IMG/VR virus record: IMGVR_UViG_3300030376_002336 | Coordinates: 1-51,694 of that record | Direction: 5' to 3' (one strand) | DNA: 51,694 nt | Source of the DNA: a virus | Lineage: Duplodnaviria > Caudoviricetes | Shown: piece after piece, positions 28,101 to 36,508 of the stretch | Layout: each line of letters begins with the position of its first letter | How positions within the stretch are numbered: position 1 is the first letter of the stretch | Program-made: the position numbers and the translations under genes | The notes under the pieces: generated by a model | Seen by the model: the letters and a program-made list of their open reading frames with translations, nothing else | The model's database searches: none | What the model was told of the DNA's origin: nothing

Positions 28101-29392
28101 TTGTACCATGGTCAGAAGGTACTGGATCAAAAGATGTATATAAAGCAACTCCAACACAAATTTGTTCTGCAGGGTTTAGTTTAACTTTATCTGGTGATAG
28201 TGGAGCAAATCAAACTCTTGCAAATGGTAATGCTATTAATGTATTAGGAACTACCAATAATATATCAACTGTAACCGGTGCTACTGATAAGGTAACTATT
28301 GATTTAGTTGACACAGCAGTAACAGCAGGTGCTTACACCAATGCAAATATTACCGTTGATGCAAAAGGTAGAATAACTGCAGCAGCTAGTGGTTCAGCAT
28401 TTGGTACAACCTTTAATGTTGATGGAGATAGTGGACCTACTCAAGTAATAGGAAATAATGATACCCTTAAAATTAAAGGTACTGCACCAATAAGTACAAC
28501 AGCTAGCAACACAGATATAATAACAATAACACATGATGCATCCGGTGTGTCTTCTGGTGCTTATGCATATCCTGCCTCAGTATCATTGAGTGCAGAAGGT
28601 CACGTAACAGCTATAACAGCAGGATCTCAACCAGCAACAGGTGTTAGTTTGCTTTTAGGAACAAGTGCAGGGACACCGGTAAGTGCAAGTATATCTGGTG
28701 GAACTTTAAACTTTACATCAAATGTATTTGCTGGAGGAACTAATGTAGGACATGTACCATCATTTGGTTCTGATCCAGGTAACCAAAAGTTCTTCTTAGA
28801 TGCAACAGGAAACTGGAGTCAGCCGGGTGGTTCAGGAGCAAGTTATACTGCAGGATGTGGTATTGATTCAACTGAGTTATCAAACAATAATAAAGTTGAA
28901 GTAGAATATAATGGAAATACAAACGTTGTTAAGTGTGCTGCTACTGCACCAGGTTCTACACCAAATATAGATGATGATACATTAATCTTTAATAATAATG
29001 AAGGTAATCAAGTTTATGAGGTTACTTTTGAAAAAATGTTTGAAAGGTATATTCAACGTGCAACCGTTGCTATGCCTGCAGCTTTCTGTTCATTAACTAC
29101 TGGATCATCTACTTTGAATAACCCAGGTAGATCAAAGATGGGAACATTAGTTGCATCAGCAACTGGAACTGGATCAACAACATTAACTTGGCCTAATGCT
29201 ATGAGTAGTACTAACTATATGGTAGTGGTAACTTCTGAGGATGTAACTAGAGAGTATCATTGTTATACTAGAGGAAAAACAACAACTAGTGTTATTGTAG
29301 GAACTAAACTATTAACTTCAGGTGGTACAGGAGCTGATGTTAATGCACCAGTTAATATAGTGATCTATGATGCAAATATTAATACAATCTAA
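25175..29392 (+). CDS. Long repetitive tail fibre protein
   Basis: 1405 aa; about six GVxAGxYTNAxIxVDxxGxxTxAxxG-type repeats, GDxG..GxT repeats and [IL]DYxGAxN repeats. Confidence 0.85.
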   Translation: MGSLLQDVLGLFQKKKFTQPMPYVPSKDDYFVLSTKAESTLNVMAYLPKVEQTLISAKQFADAISAGTNTTYDFANADLGGKTNLNLTGSDGTVDTVSLVGSTGVTIVSNGSDIEFSVSPGTFVSCTGSNTANVLPMWDSGTCSLKDSELVWDGSNQYELLNNKKFKVAWLSMAGSPGVIDTSNGTGSVGQVLTVGAGNTLEWTTNGTGSMSSWNITGDNGVSSAVSDGNTVDIAGGAKMGTVNIASTVTLNHDTTSRTDTTSTASPSAGGTFTVIDSVTQDATGHPTAVNVKTVTLPSAIADTKYDLSSVQNGSDADIKLVGTDGTTDIVKLVAGNNITLTDSGSSISIAASGAGSGTVTEVKAGDGITVTGTATVDPTVNIDYVGANNAILTAASATPVTTDYIWFSDGDDQTIKKVLIQDLPSPYQWTAAPASGGSIIVTDNFTLNFNSTTGTITTTSAAGNTININSTDSGVVAGSYTNADISVDQYGRVTSASNGSAGTMQSFDVGSDGGSAQTVSNGQVLTILGGTGLTGNMSSPRTLTMDINQTGVTAGTYTNATIEVNAQGQITVAADGSVGVTSIDVTGGEGIVTTGGPITSSGAIDVVLDLTELPLISVMENPFHLFLDEVATGVQSKILASNLKLSYFDNDLTIGSVTSVGVSSNYLTVGNSPITNSGVMSVDVPVSGVTAGSYTNADITVDAYGFVTAASNGSGGGGNAISVSSQAASPPLTTQVQSFDFIGGGVIVTEPTADNITVNIPIQSYLADPGISVDEPNRKIGIDYLGANNYISLRTTVAPADTDFIAFVDADDNNVYKTQIRSLPGQYSGWTFQGDTGGLETVASSNTVTFVGGTALATASSSPDTLTINHDDIGTAGTYAYPSQIITNAQGHVTGVTAGSAPTFVSLTTTGTSGAATLVGGVLNIPQYAGGTSYGAGPGIVLNTTTNPDQFELDYNGADNYVLLQSTKTPTKDDFVPWSEGTGSKDVYKATPTQICSAGFSLTLSGDSGANQTLANGNAINVLGTTNNISTVTGATDKVTIDLVDTAVTAGAYTNANITVDAKGRITAAASGSAFGTTFNVDGDSGPTQVIGNNDTLKIKGTAPISTTASNTDIITITHDASGVSSGAYAYPASVSLSAEGHVTAITAGSQPATGVSLLLGTSAGTPVSASISGGTLNFTSNVFAGGTNVGHVPSFGSDPGNQKFFLDATGNWSQPGGSGASYTAGCGIDSTELSNNNKVEVEYNGNTNVVKCAATAPGSTPNIDDDTLIFNNNEGNQVYEVTFEKMFERYIQRATVAMPAAFCSLTTGSSTLNNPGRSKMGTLVASATGTGSTTLTWPNAMSSTNYMVVVTSEDVTREYHCYTRGKTTTSVIVGTKLLTSGGTGADVNAPVNIVIYDANINTI

Positions 29393-29403
29393 AAAAATAT
29401 AAA

Positions 29404-32400
29404 ATGAGTGTTTATATACAAGAGGTCTTAGGCCTATTAAGAAGAAACAAAAAGAAGATTAAGCTAGACAAAATGAGAGATCATTTTGAGTTTGGTAAGC
29501 TTTATAATACTAGTAAATTAAATACTGGTGCATCTTATAACCCTACAATGGAACCTTTTGTAGTAAAATGGGGAGACTTAGTTTGTCAAGCTACAGAAAA
29601 TCTAACAAGAACTCAACCTGGATCAGGTAAGAAAGGTAAGATTCCTGTTTATACTGACCCAGAAGGAACATGTTCATGGGATACTTTAATGGATTCTATA
29701 ATGACTCAAAACATTATAGGAGATACAATCTCAATTGCAGGTAATCTTTATGTTGATGGTACTATCACAAGTACAGCCTTAACTGATAACCGTGTAGTAA
29801 TAGTAGGACCGGGTGGTATACTAGAAGATGATGCTAACTTAACTATGGATGGTGTTACATTTACAGCAAATGTAGATGTTGTTCATGGTACAGATGTTCC
29901 AGCAGGTACTCCAGCTCAGACAACAACTATAAACTCTAATCTTAAACTAGAAGGTCCTGTTTATGATTCACTTGGTAATATAGGTGGACTAAACAAAGTA
30001 CTTGTTGGTTTAGCAGATGGTAGAGTAAAGTGGCAAGATGATGATGTGGTTGAAGCATTAACATATGGCTCACTATGGCAAGGGGACCCTACTAACTATA
30101 AAGTAGAATTACCTATTGGTACTGTAGATCAGATTCTTATTTCTGATGGTACTACTTTTGCATGGCAAGATAACCCTGCAGCAATTGTAGGTGAGACTTG
30201 TGCTGTATATAGAATTCCTTTATGGACTCCTGACTCAAATACATTAGGTTGTTCATTACTTATTCAAGATGGAAATGATGGCACTCCCGCTACTAAGATT
30301 ACTAATGATGGTCAGTTAGTACAAACAAAAGAATTATTTTTAGATACTGTGGCTAATGATGATACTCTTACTCAAGTACTTGTAAGAGATCCTGCTGCAG
30401 CTAATGTAGTTAAATGGAGAAGTGCTTTAAGCATTGTTCCTGAATTAGGATGGGATGATGTCCCTGTAGCTGGTGGAGTTGCTAACTGGGATGTAGTTAA
30501 ATATAATGGCTACATGGAAGTTAATAGTGCACCTCCTGCCTTTAGAGCTATAAGACCTAATAATATAGTTACTGGTGATGAAGGTTATTTTGTATTTGTA
30601 TGTGAAAGACCAGATGTACCAGAAGACTTTTTAAAATTTACAGGTGTAAATGGTGGAACAGCAACCCGTGTAAGAACTACATGGTCAGGAGATCAAGTAA
30701 ATGGTAATCCATATATTCCATCTACAGCTTCCGGTGGCTTTTGGCAACAAGGAACAGCTGTAAAATTTCACTATATTTTACGTATAGATAGTGGAGGCAA
30801 TCAAATTATATGGTGGGATGCATGTTGTGAAATTAAATCATTAAACATATGTCCTGTTGCAACTGACACAAACTTTACTACACAAGAAGACACGGCAATT
30901 TCTGGTCTTCAGTTACCATCTACAGATGATGGTACAGGTACTCTTACATGGAGCATAGTTACACCACCACCGGCTGGTGATGGAACAGTAACTTTAGATC
31001 CTGCAACCGGTCAGTATTCATTTACACCAGCTGCTAACTTCTTTGGTACAGGTACATTTACTTGGAAAACTAATGATACTTTCTGTGATAGTAATATTGC
31101 AACCGTTACTTATAATGTAACTTCTGTATGTGATGTACCAAGCTTTAGAACTTATGCTGATCCATGTGGTCCTGTTTCTGTAGCACCTGTATATAGTGGT
31201 GTTGTTGGTGGAACATACTTATATGAAGGTCATTACTGTGATCCAGATAATAACTATACAGATGTAACACTTACAGCAGAGTATTCTACAGATGGACAAG
31301 CAACATGGAATGCTGGACTACCGGCTAACTTTACACTTGTTAAAGATCAAATTGGTGGAGCTCCTGCTCCATGGAGATTTACATTTGCTTCTTCTAGTGT
31401 ACCAGCAGGTATCTTAGCATTTAGACTCACATTAAAAGATACTGATGTAACATGTAAAACAGAATATATATTTAATGTAACAGCAGCACTTGATATATTA
31501 AATAAATTTGAACTACAAGTAGATAGTATTGCAACTACAACTGCTTCCAATTCACGTATACCATATGCAACTAATGATAATATAGGTACAAATGGTGCAA
31601 CGGGTGGTACTTGGCAGAGTCCTGCTTTACCAAACGCAACTTCATGGTTAGGTAGTGGAACAGTAGGTGGAGGTACAGGTGCTTTTGTACCAGTAGGAAG
31701 AATGTTAAGTAATATGACTACTGAACCAACTAATGCTGCTTCAACAGGTGTAGCAAGTAATACTTCTGTTTTAAATATATCACCAAGTGGTGGTACATAT
31801 GGAGGTATAGCAGGAGGTGCTACATTCCAACTTTATTTTGTAAATAAAGGTGGTGTAGCCCTAGTATATGCTTTTGCAGATAATATACCAAATGATAATA
31901 ATTGTGAAGTAGGACAAACAATCATATTTAGTGCAGCTACATTAAATGCTGCATTCAGTCCTAGTACAAACTTTACAGGTGATTTAATATATACTATAGC
32001 ACCAGAAGATAAAAACTTTGCACCTTTAGCTACTAGTGCTATACCACTTGCAACAGGAGTTAATTCAGGTCACGGTTGTAATCAAGGTGCTTTTAAAATA
32101 TTTGCATCAATAACAAATTCAGCAGGTGCCGTTGAAACTTATTTAGTTCAAAGAGCATCTACAAGTAATTCACCAACAAACGGAATACATTACTTTAATA
32201 ACCGTTATTCACTTGATACTGTTATTCCAACTCAAGCTTATATTAATTTTCCAAATGGAGATTCTTGGACTAGAGTAAGCAATAACAGTTCTATAGGATC
32301 AAATGGTGCTCCTGGCATTCTTCATGGAGACGATATAGATATGTCTTTCAGAGGTTTTACTAGAAGTATGGCTAATACTATATGGAATTATGCACATGCA

Positions 32401-33024
32401 TATAATCCAAGTTCAACACAAGGTGGTGTAAGTTCTAACTATTCAACTACAGGTGTTATTAGATTAAATCAAACGTTATTAAATAACATTGCAGCTAACA
32501 CTGCTGATGGATTAGTAACATTTAAGTTAGTAGGAGATGCTTGGGTACAAGCTACATCAACTACTGATGCTATAGCAACTGTAACTTCTGTTGATGGTAC
32601 TGGTGCAATTACAGGTATAAACTTAATAAGTGGTGGTAATAGTTATAACTCTTATCAAGGGAGTACAAGTGCTAACTGGAATATTGCTGGAGGTGCTGGA
32701 AGTGGTGCACAAGTAAGAGTTACTATGAGTAGTACTGGAAATGCAAATGTTGTAAGTATAAACTCAATTAATGCTGGAGGTAAAAACTATTCAGTAGGTG
32801 ATAATGTAACACTTAGTGCAGCTAATACTTGGGTAGCACAAACACACGGTGATGCATCTTCATTCAGAATGTTTAAAGAAAATGCAGCAGGTACTAATCA
32901 AGTTGAAATATTTAACGGAGCACCTTGGAATACAGGTGGTACGGGAACTAATACAGCTTTTAGAGCCGGTGATGGTACAGCAGTACAAGTAGACATCTTT
33001 AATGATACAGTAACAATTATTTAA
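29404..33024 (+). CDS. Tail fibre/receptor-binding protein with Ig/cadherin-like domain
   Basis: 1206 aa; PVATD..TTQEDT...YSFTPAANFFGTGTFTWKTND...SNIATVT is a cadherin-like/Big_9-type signature. Confidence 0.75.
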   Translation: MSVYIQEVLGLLRRNKKKIKLDKMRDHFEFGKLYNTSKLNTGASYNPTMEPFVVKWGDLVCQATENLTRTQPGSGKKGKIPVYTDPEGTCSWDTLMDSIMTQNIIGDTISIAGNLYVDGTITSTALTDNRVVIVGPGGILEDDANLTMDGVTFTANVDVVHGTDVPAGTPAQTTTINSNLKLEGPVYDSLGNIGGLNKVLVGLADGRVKWQDDDVVEALTYGSLWQGDPTNYKVELPIGTVDQILISDGTTFAWQDNPAAIVGETCAVYRIPLWTPDSNTLGCSLLIQDGNDGTPATKITNDGQLVQTKELFLDTVANDDTLTQVLVRDPAAANVVKWRSALSIVPELGWDDVPVAGGVANWDVVKYNGYMEVNSAPPAFRAIRPNNIVTGDEGYFVFVCERPDVPEDFLKFTGVNGGTATRVRTTWSGDQVNGNPYIPSTASGGFWQQGTAVKFHYILRIDSGGNQIIWWDACCEIKSLNICPVATDTNFTTQEDTAISGLQLPSTDDGTGTLTWSIVTPPPAGDGTVTLDPATGQYSFTPAANFFGTGTFTWKTNDTFCDSNIATVTYNVTSVCDVPSFRTYADPCGPVSVAPVYSGVVGGTYLYEGHYCDPDNNYTDVTLTAEYSTDGQATWNAGLPANFTLVKDQIGGAPAPWRFTFASSSVPAGILAFRLTLKDTDVTCKTEYIFNVTAALDILNKFELQVDSIATTTASNSRIPYATNDNIGTNGATGGTWQSPALPNATSWLGSGTVGGGTGAFVPVGRMLSNMTTEPTNAASTGVASNTSVLNISPSGGTYGGIAGGATFQLYFVNKGGVALVYAFADNIPNDNNCEVGQTIIFSAATLNAAFSPSTNFTGDLIYTIAPEDKNFAPLATSAIPLATGVNSGHGCNQGAFKIFASITNSAGAVETYLVQRASTSNSPTNGIHYFNNRYSLDTVIPTQAYINFPNGDSWTRVSNNSSIGSNGAPGILHGDDIDMSFRGFTRSMANTIWNYAHAYNPSSTQGGVSSNYSTTGVIRLNQTLLNNIAANTADGLVTFKLVGDAWVQATSTTDAIATVTSVDGTGAITGINLISGGNSYNSYQGSTSANWNIAGGAGSGAQVRVTMSSTGNANVVSINSINAGGKNYSVGDNVTLSAANTWVAQTHGDASSFRMFKENAAGTNQVEIFNGAPWNTGGTGTNTAFRAGDGTAVQVDIFNDTVTII

Positions 33025-33042
33025 TAAATTAAAAATAAAAAA

Positions 33043-33471
33043 ATGGGAGTAAATTATAATACATTTGAATCATCTAGCATTAATGCAGAGTATCCTAAAG
33101 ATATGAGTATGCCAAACCAATATGGTTTTGGAGGATTAAGCGTTCATAAATTCATTTCAGCAGCAACAACTAATAACACTTTTATTAAAAAAGGTGGAGG
33201 TAGTGTATATGGTTTTACATTTTATAACCAGAGTGGTTCACCTCTTTGGGTTAGATTGTTTGATAAAGCCAGTGCTCCGGTTGATGCAGATATATCTATA
33301 ATGTCATTTGTTATTCCAGCAGCAGCTAACGGTGGTACAATAACCATATCTTTACCTGTAGGTATTTCTTTTAAGTCAGGAATTGGCTTTAATGTAACTA
33401 CTGGAGGTAATGATGGTAACGCTGGAGCTACAGCAGCCAATGAAGCATTTGGAAGTATATTCTGGAAGTAA
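33043..33471 (+). CDS. Small beta-sandwich structural protein (putative)
   Basis: 142 aa, beta-rich, follows the fibre genes. Confidence 0.6.
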   Translation: MGVNYNTFESSSINAEYPKDMSMPNQYGFGGLSVHKFISAATTNNTFIKKGGGSVYGFTFYNQSGSPLWVRLFDKASAPVDADISIMSFVIPAAANGGTITISLPVGISFKSGIGFNVTTGGNDGNAGATAANEAFGSIFWK

Positions 33472-33474
33472 TAA

Positions 33475-33789
33475 ATGACAAAAAAAACTTATAGACCTCT
33501 GCCAGAGTATCTATCTATAGGTCCTTCTGACATACATGGTGCGGGTATCTTTGCTAAAGAAGATATTCCTGCAGGTATTGAAATTGGTATTACCCATGTT
33601 TACGATCCAGACTTTGAAGATGATCACATTAGGACACCACTGGGTGGATTCATCAACCACAGTGATAGACCTAATTGTGAAATAAAAGGGGATGAGACAG
33701 ATATAACCAGAAAACTTTTTACTCTACATAAAATAGAACAAGGTAAAGAACTAACAGCTAAGTACAATTGGTATGATCCTATTAGTTAA
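33475..33789 (+). CDS. Minimal SET-domain protein-lysine methyltransferase
   Basis: SET motifs SDIHGAGIFAKEDI, FINHSDRPNC and GKELTAKY. Confidence 0.88.
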   Translation: MTKKTYRPLPEYLSIGPSDIHGAGIFAKEDIPAGIEIGITHVYDPDFEDDHIRTPLGGFINHSDRPNCEIKGDETDITRKLFTLHKIEQGKELTAKYNWYDPIS

Positions 33790-33967
33790 GCTCTTCACTT
33801 TGATGAATTCCTAATAAGGATATTTCTGTTACTAAACCATCTTGTCTTCCATATCTTTTTGCTTGTGATGTGTTATCAGCCATAACAATCATCCATTTTA
33901 TATGTGAAGAAGGATCAGGTCCCATTAGTTTATCCCAAGGTATATACCAGATATTATACTTTTTCAT
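33782..33967 (-). CDS. Small hypothetical protein
   Basis: 61 aa, last gene of the minus block, overlapping both neighbours. Confidence 0.6.
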   Translation of the reverse strand: MKKYNIWYIPWDKLMGPDPSSHIKWMIVMADNTSQAKRYGRQDGLVTEISLLGIHQSEELN

Positions 33968-34343
33968 CTCTTATATAGGCTGATTCAGTTCCACTTATAA
34001 TATCTATAGAAGTTATATGATCTTTTATATCACGATTTCTATTGTATTGTTCAATATATACATCAGCTGCTTCTAGTTCTTTTTCTAGACACGCAAGGGC
34101 ACGCCAAGCAACTTTTGCAGTATGACGAATTCCATCATCATCCATAGTTCCAGCATCTATTAGATGTCTAGCTAATGCATCAAAGTCATCTGTTGACTTT
34201 TCACGATCCCAGTGCAACGGTTTATCTGGGTGGTGTTGTTTATTTCCGGCTAGAGATACTCTAGCAATTTCCATTAGTGCTTTTGGAAAGTATTTTATAA
34301 CGCCAGTAAAGACGGGTCTTGCTTTTCTTTCTTCTTTGTTCAT
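33954..34343 (-). CDS. dATP/dGTP diphosphohydrolase domain protein (DUF5664-like)
   Basis: FPKALMEIARVSLAGNKQH...W...DALARHL...DDDGIRHTAKVAWRALA. Confidence 0.8.
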   Translation of the reverse strand: MNKEERKARPVFTGVIKYFPKALMEIARVSLAGNKQHHPDKPLHWDREKSTDDFDALARHLIDAGTMDDDGIRHTAKVAWRALACLEKELEAADVYIEQYNRNRDIKDHITSIDIISGTESAYIRDEKV

Positions 34344-34346
34344 GTG

Positions 34347-34565
34347 TTACTCTTTTTTAGAGGGAGGGAATTCATAATTTTTTTTATTCAGTTTGTAATC
34401 TATAACAAATCCTATCCCTACAATAACATGCAGGCCTATACTACTTAATATTTCATACAGGTCCTGGTAGTTATGTATTGATAAATGGATATGCCCAACT
34501 ATCCAAAAAGGAATTGCTAGCTGTTGACTAATCCATACAATTGTAAATGTTATAAACTTCTTCAT
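34347..34565 (-). CDS. Small two-TM membrane protein
   Basis: 72 aa with two hydrophobic segments containing His residues. Confidence 0.65.
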   Translation of the reverse strand: MKKFITFTIVWISQQLAIPFWIVGHIHLSIHNYQDLYEILSSIGLHVIVGIGFVIDYKLNKKNYEFPPSKKE

Positions 34566-34575
34566 ATTAAAGGAA

Positions 34576-34629
34576 GGGAGCCAGTGCCAGAGAATGCAAA
34601 AACTCTGACACCGGTTGGTTTATTCTCCC
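34576..34629 (-). promoter_or_regulatory. Structured 5' leader RNA (candidate cis-regulatory element)
   Basis: Outer stem GGGAG/CUCCC and 12-bp inner stem with two G-U pairs that form only on the minus strand. Confidence 0.6.
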
Positions 34630-34656
34630 AGTTATTTACCTATATCTGCTTTACTA

Positions 34657-34688
34657 CAAAGATAGAAACATAAAACGGCTACTACAAA
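34657..34688 (-). promoter_or_regulatory. Consensus Bacteroidota housekeeping promoter
   Basis: TTTG-N20-TATCTTTG on the minus strand. Confidence 0.75.
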
Positions 34689-34705
34689 ATATAAAATTAT
34701 GTTTG

Positions 34706-35596
34706 TCATCTGCCCATGTAAACATCTTGTACTAATCTAGCATGTGTTACATCTTCATCAATCTCAATTGCAAAATCTGTATCAGACATAGAGATACCTA
34801 ACTCAGTGTTATCAGTGTTTAATTCAAAAGAATTTGGATCTAATGAATTAGCATTGACACATTCCACCATCATAAAATCATGGAAGTTCTGTTGGTCCTG
34901 CAGCCAATCTCTAGGATGTGCTTTCTTTAATGCATGCGTAACATGATTATAAAAGGCCCACGCAGACTTATCTGAATCTACACTGTAATCATATGAAGGC
35001 TTATTAAGTTCTGCCTTAACACATGTCATTTGCTGTGAGTCAAGCATATCTTCTTCTACAAACAATCTTCCAATTAACTCAGCTTGACTGCATAATGATA
35101 AGTCAGTCTGTCTAAGCATCTCTTTATCATCTAAGATACGCTTATAATACTTTTCACCATTCTTAATTTGATCCGCCATATGTACTTTAACATCATAGTC
35201 AGCTGATCCTGTATGCTTTCTTTTAAAATTCATCATGTCCCCGGCTACCATGCCGTTGTAACATACCATAACATATGCACCAATAGCACATTGAAATCTT
35301 GTGCTTTTGTCATATGAGTTTGTCCAGGCAAACATCATCCCTAACTCTGTCTCATTCTTGATTTGTTCATCATTAGTTTGACTTGGGTAGATATGATATA
35401 TGCCTTGTGCTACATTGGCATTCATGTTTGCTCTATATATTTCTTTTTGAATTGTAAATCCACTACTAGCTAATAGCTGTAATGTATTGTCTATCACAGA
35501 CTTGTGTGATACTACTGTATAACTCTTACCGTGATTAGGTAAGGGTACATTTTCTAAATAGGACCTTGTGGTCTCTTTTGGTTTTGTATATCCCAT
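34706..35596 (-). CDS. DUF932/DUF945-like protein
   Basis: YTVVSH, NSYDKS...GAYVMVCYNGM...RKHTG, W..YNHVT motifs. Confidence 0.75.
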   Translation of the reverse strand: MGYTKPKETTRSYLENVPLPNHGKSYTVVSHKSVIDNTLQLLASSGFTIQKEIYRANMNANVAQGIYHIYPSQTNDEQIKNETELGMMFAWTNSYDKSTRFQCAIGAYVMVCYNGMVAGDMMNFKRKHTGSADYDVKVHMADQIKNGEKYYKRILDDKEMLRQTDLSLCSQAELIGRLFVEEDMLDSQQMTCVKAELNKPSYDYSVDSDKSAWAFYNHVTHALKKAHPRDWLQDQQNFHDFMMVECVNANSLDPNSFELNTDNTELGISMSDTDFAIEIDEDVTHARLVQDVYMGR

Positions 35597-35616
35597 ATTT
35601 GTAAACTTTTAAAGTG

Positions 35617-35647
35617 TAAAGATAGTAAATTAATTTGACTCAGCAAA
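35617..35647 (-). promoter_or_regulatory. Bacteroidota-type promoter (near-consensus)
   Basis: TTTG-N19-TATCTTTA upstream of 35596. Confidence 0.55.
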
Positions 35648-36481
35648 TTAAAATATATATCTAATTGTATTTAACGGAAAATATATAGAGTATATCTCCT
35701 TGAATTCTCTTAATAAACGTGTCTTATGTATGAGTGGATACCTCATCACACCAGATTTGTTCTTTAATTCATAGGACCGTCTCATTAGCTCTTGTGCTTT
35801 TGGAGAAGCTTTAGCCATTTGATTCCTATGATTGGTTAATGCTATTACCTCACACTTATTTATGCCTGCATATGCATTTACTTCAGAGAATAAATCATTA
35901 TACTCTTCTTTCCAACCCGGATAGAATACTAAAGGACTATAGTTGAGATGAACTTCCCATCCTAACTTCTTAAGCCTATTAACATCTAGTATACGGCTCT
36001 CTATAGCCTGCATCTTGGGTTCTAATATATTAGAATACTTCTGAGGCATAAGACTTACACGCACCCGTGGTGGTTTATTAAAGTGATTTACATCTAACTT
36101 CAATAAGCCCGGATACTTTGTAGCCATAGTACTGTTTAACTGTGGATGATCATCATATCTCTTAAGATAATCTATCAAAGGTTCTGGCATATGTTTTTGC
36201 ATAAGAACTAAATCTGAGTTACATGCAACATCTACCATAGTATATATAGGGTCCTGCTGATCTGGTTCCTTATTAAAGGATTTTTCCCATTCAACAACAG
36301 ACTGAAAAATTTCATCAACGTTTTGATTAACAAAAACCCTTTTACCATTATACCTAGCCATATAACAATAGGTGTTTACACAGCCACCAAAGCATCCGTA
36401 GATTATATTGGGAGCTATGCAATTAGCACTATTGTTATTGGGTTTGGTAATTAAAGTCTTTGTCTTTTGTTTTTTAATCAT
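35648..36481 (-). CDS. splB: Spore photoproduct lyase family radical SAM enzyme
   Basis: GCFGGCVNTYCY cluster motif, DVACNSD (B. subtilis EASCTSD), ATKY, RVRVSL, SPLVFYPGWKEEY. Confidence 0.85.
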   Translation of the reverse strand: MIKKQKTKTLITKPNNNSANCIAPNIIYGCFGGCVNTYCYMARYNGKRVFVNQNVDEIFQSVVEWEKSFNKEPDQQDPIYTMVDVACNSDLVLMQKHMPEPLIDYLKRYDDHPQLNSTMATKYPGLLKLDVNHFNKPPRVRVSLMPQKYSNILEPKMQAIESRILDVNRLKKLGWEVHLNYSPLVFYPGWKEEYNDLFSEVNAYAGINKCEVIALTNHRNQMAKASPKAQELMRRSYELKNKSGVMRYPLIHKTRLLREFKEIYSIYFPLNTIRYIF

Positions 36482-36508
36482 ATTAACTAGGCCATATTAC
36501 AACAAGCA

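Noticed and set aside
34576-34629. tRNA gene
   Set aside because: No cloverleaf, T-loop (TTCG is absent) or CCA end; treated as a leader hairpin. No tRNA was recognised elsewhere.
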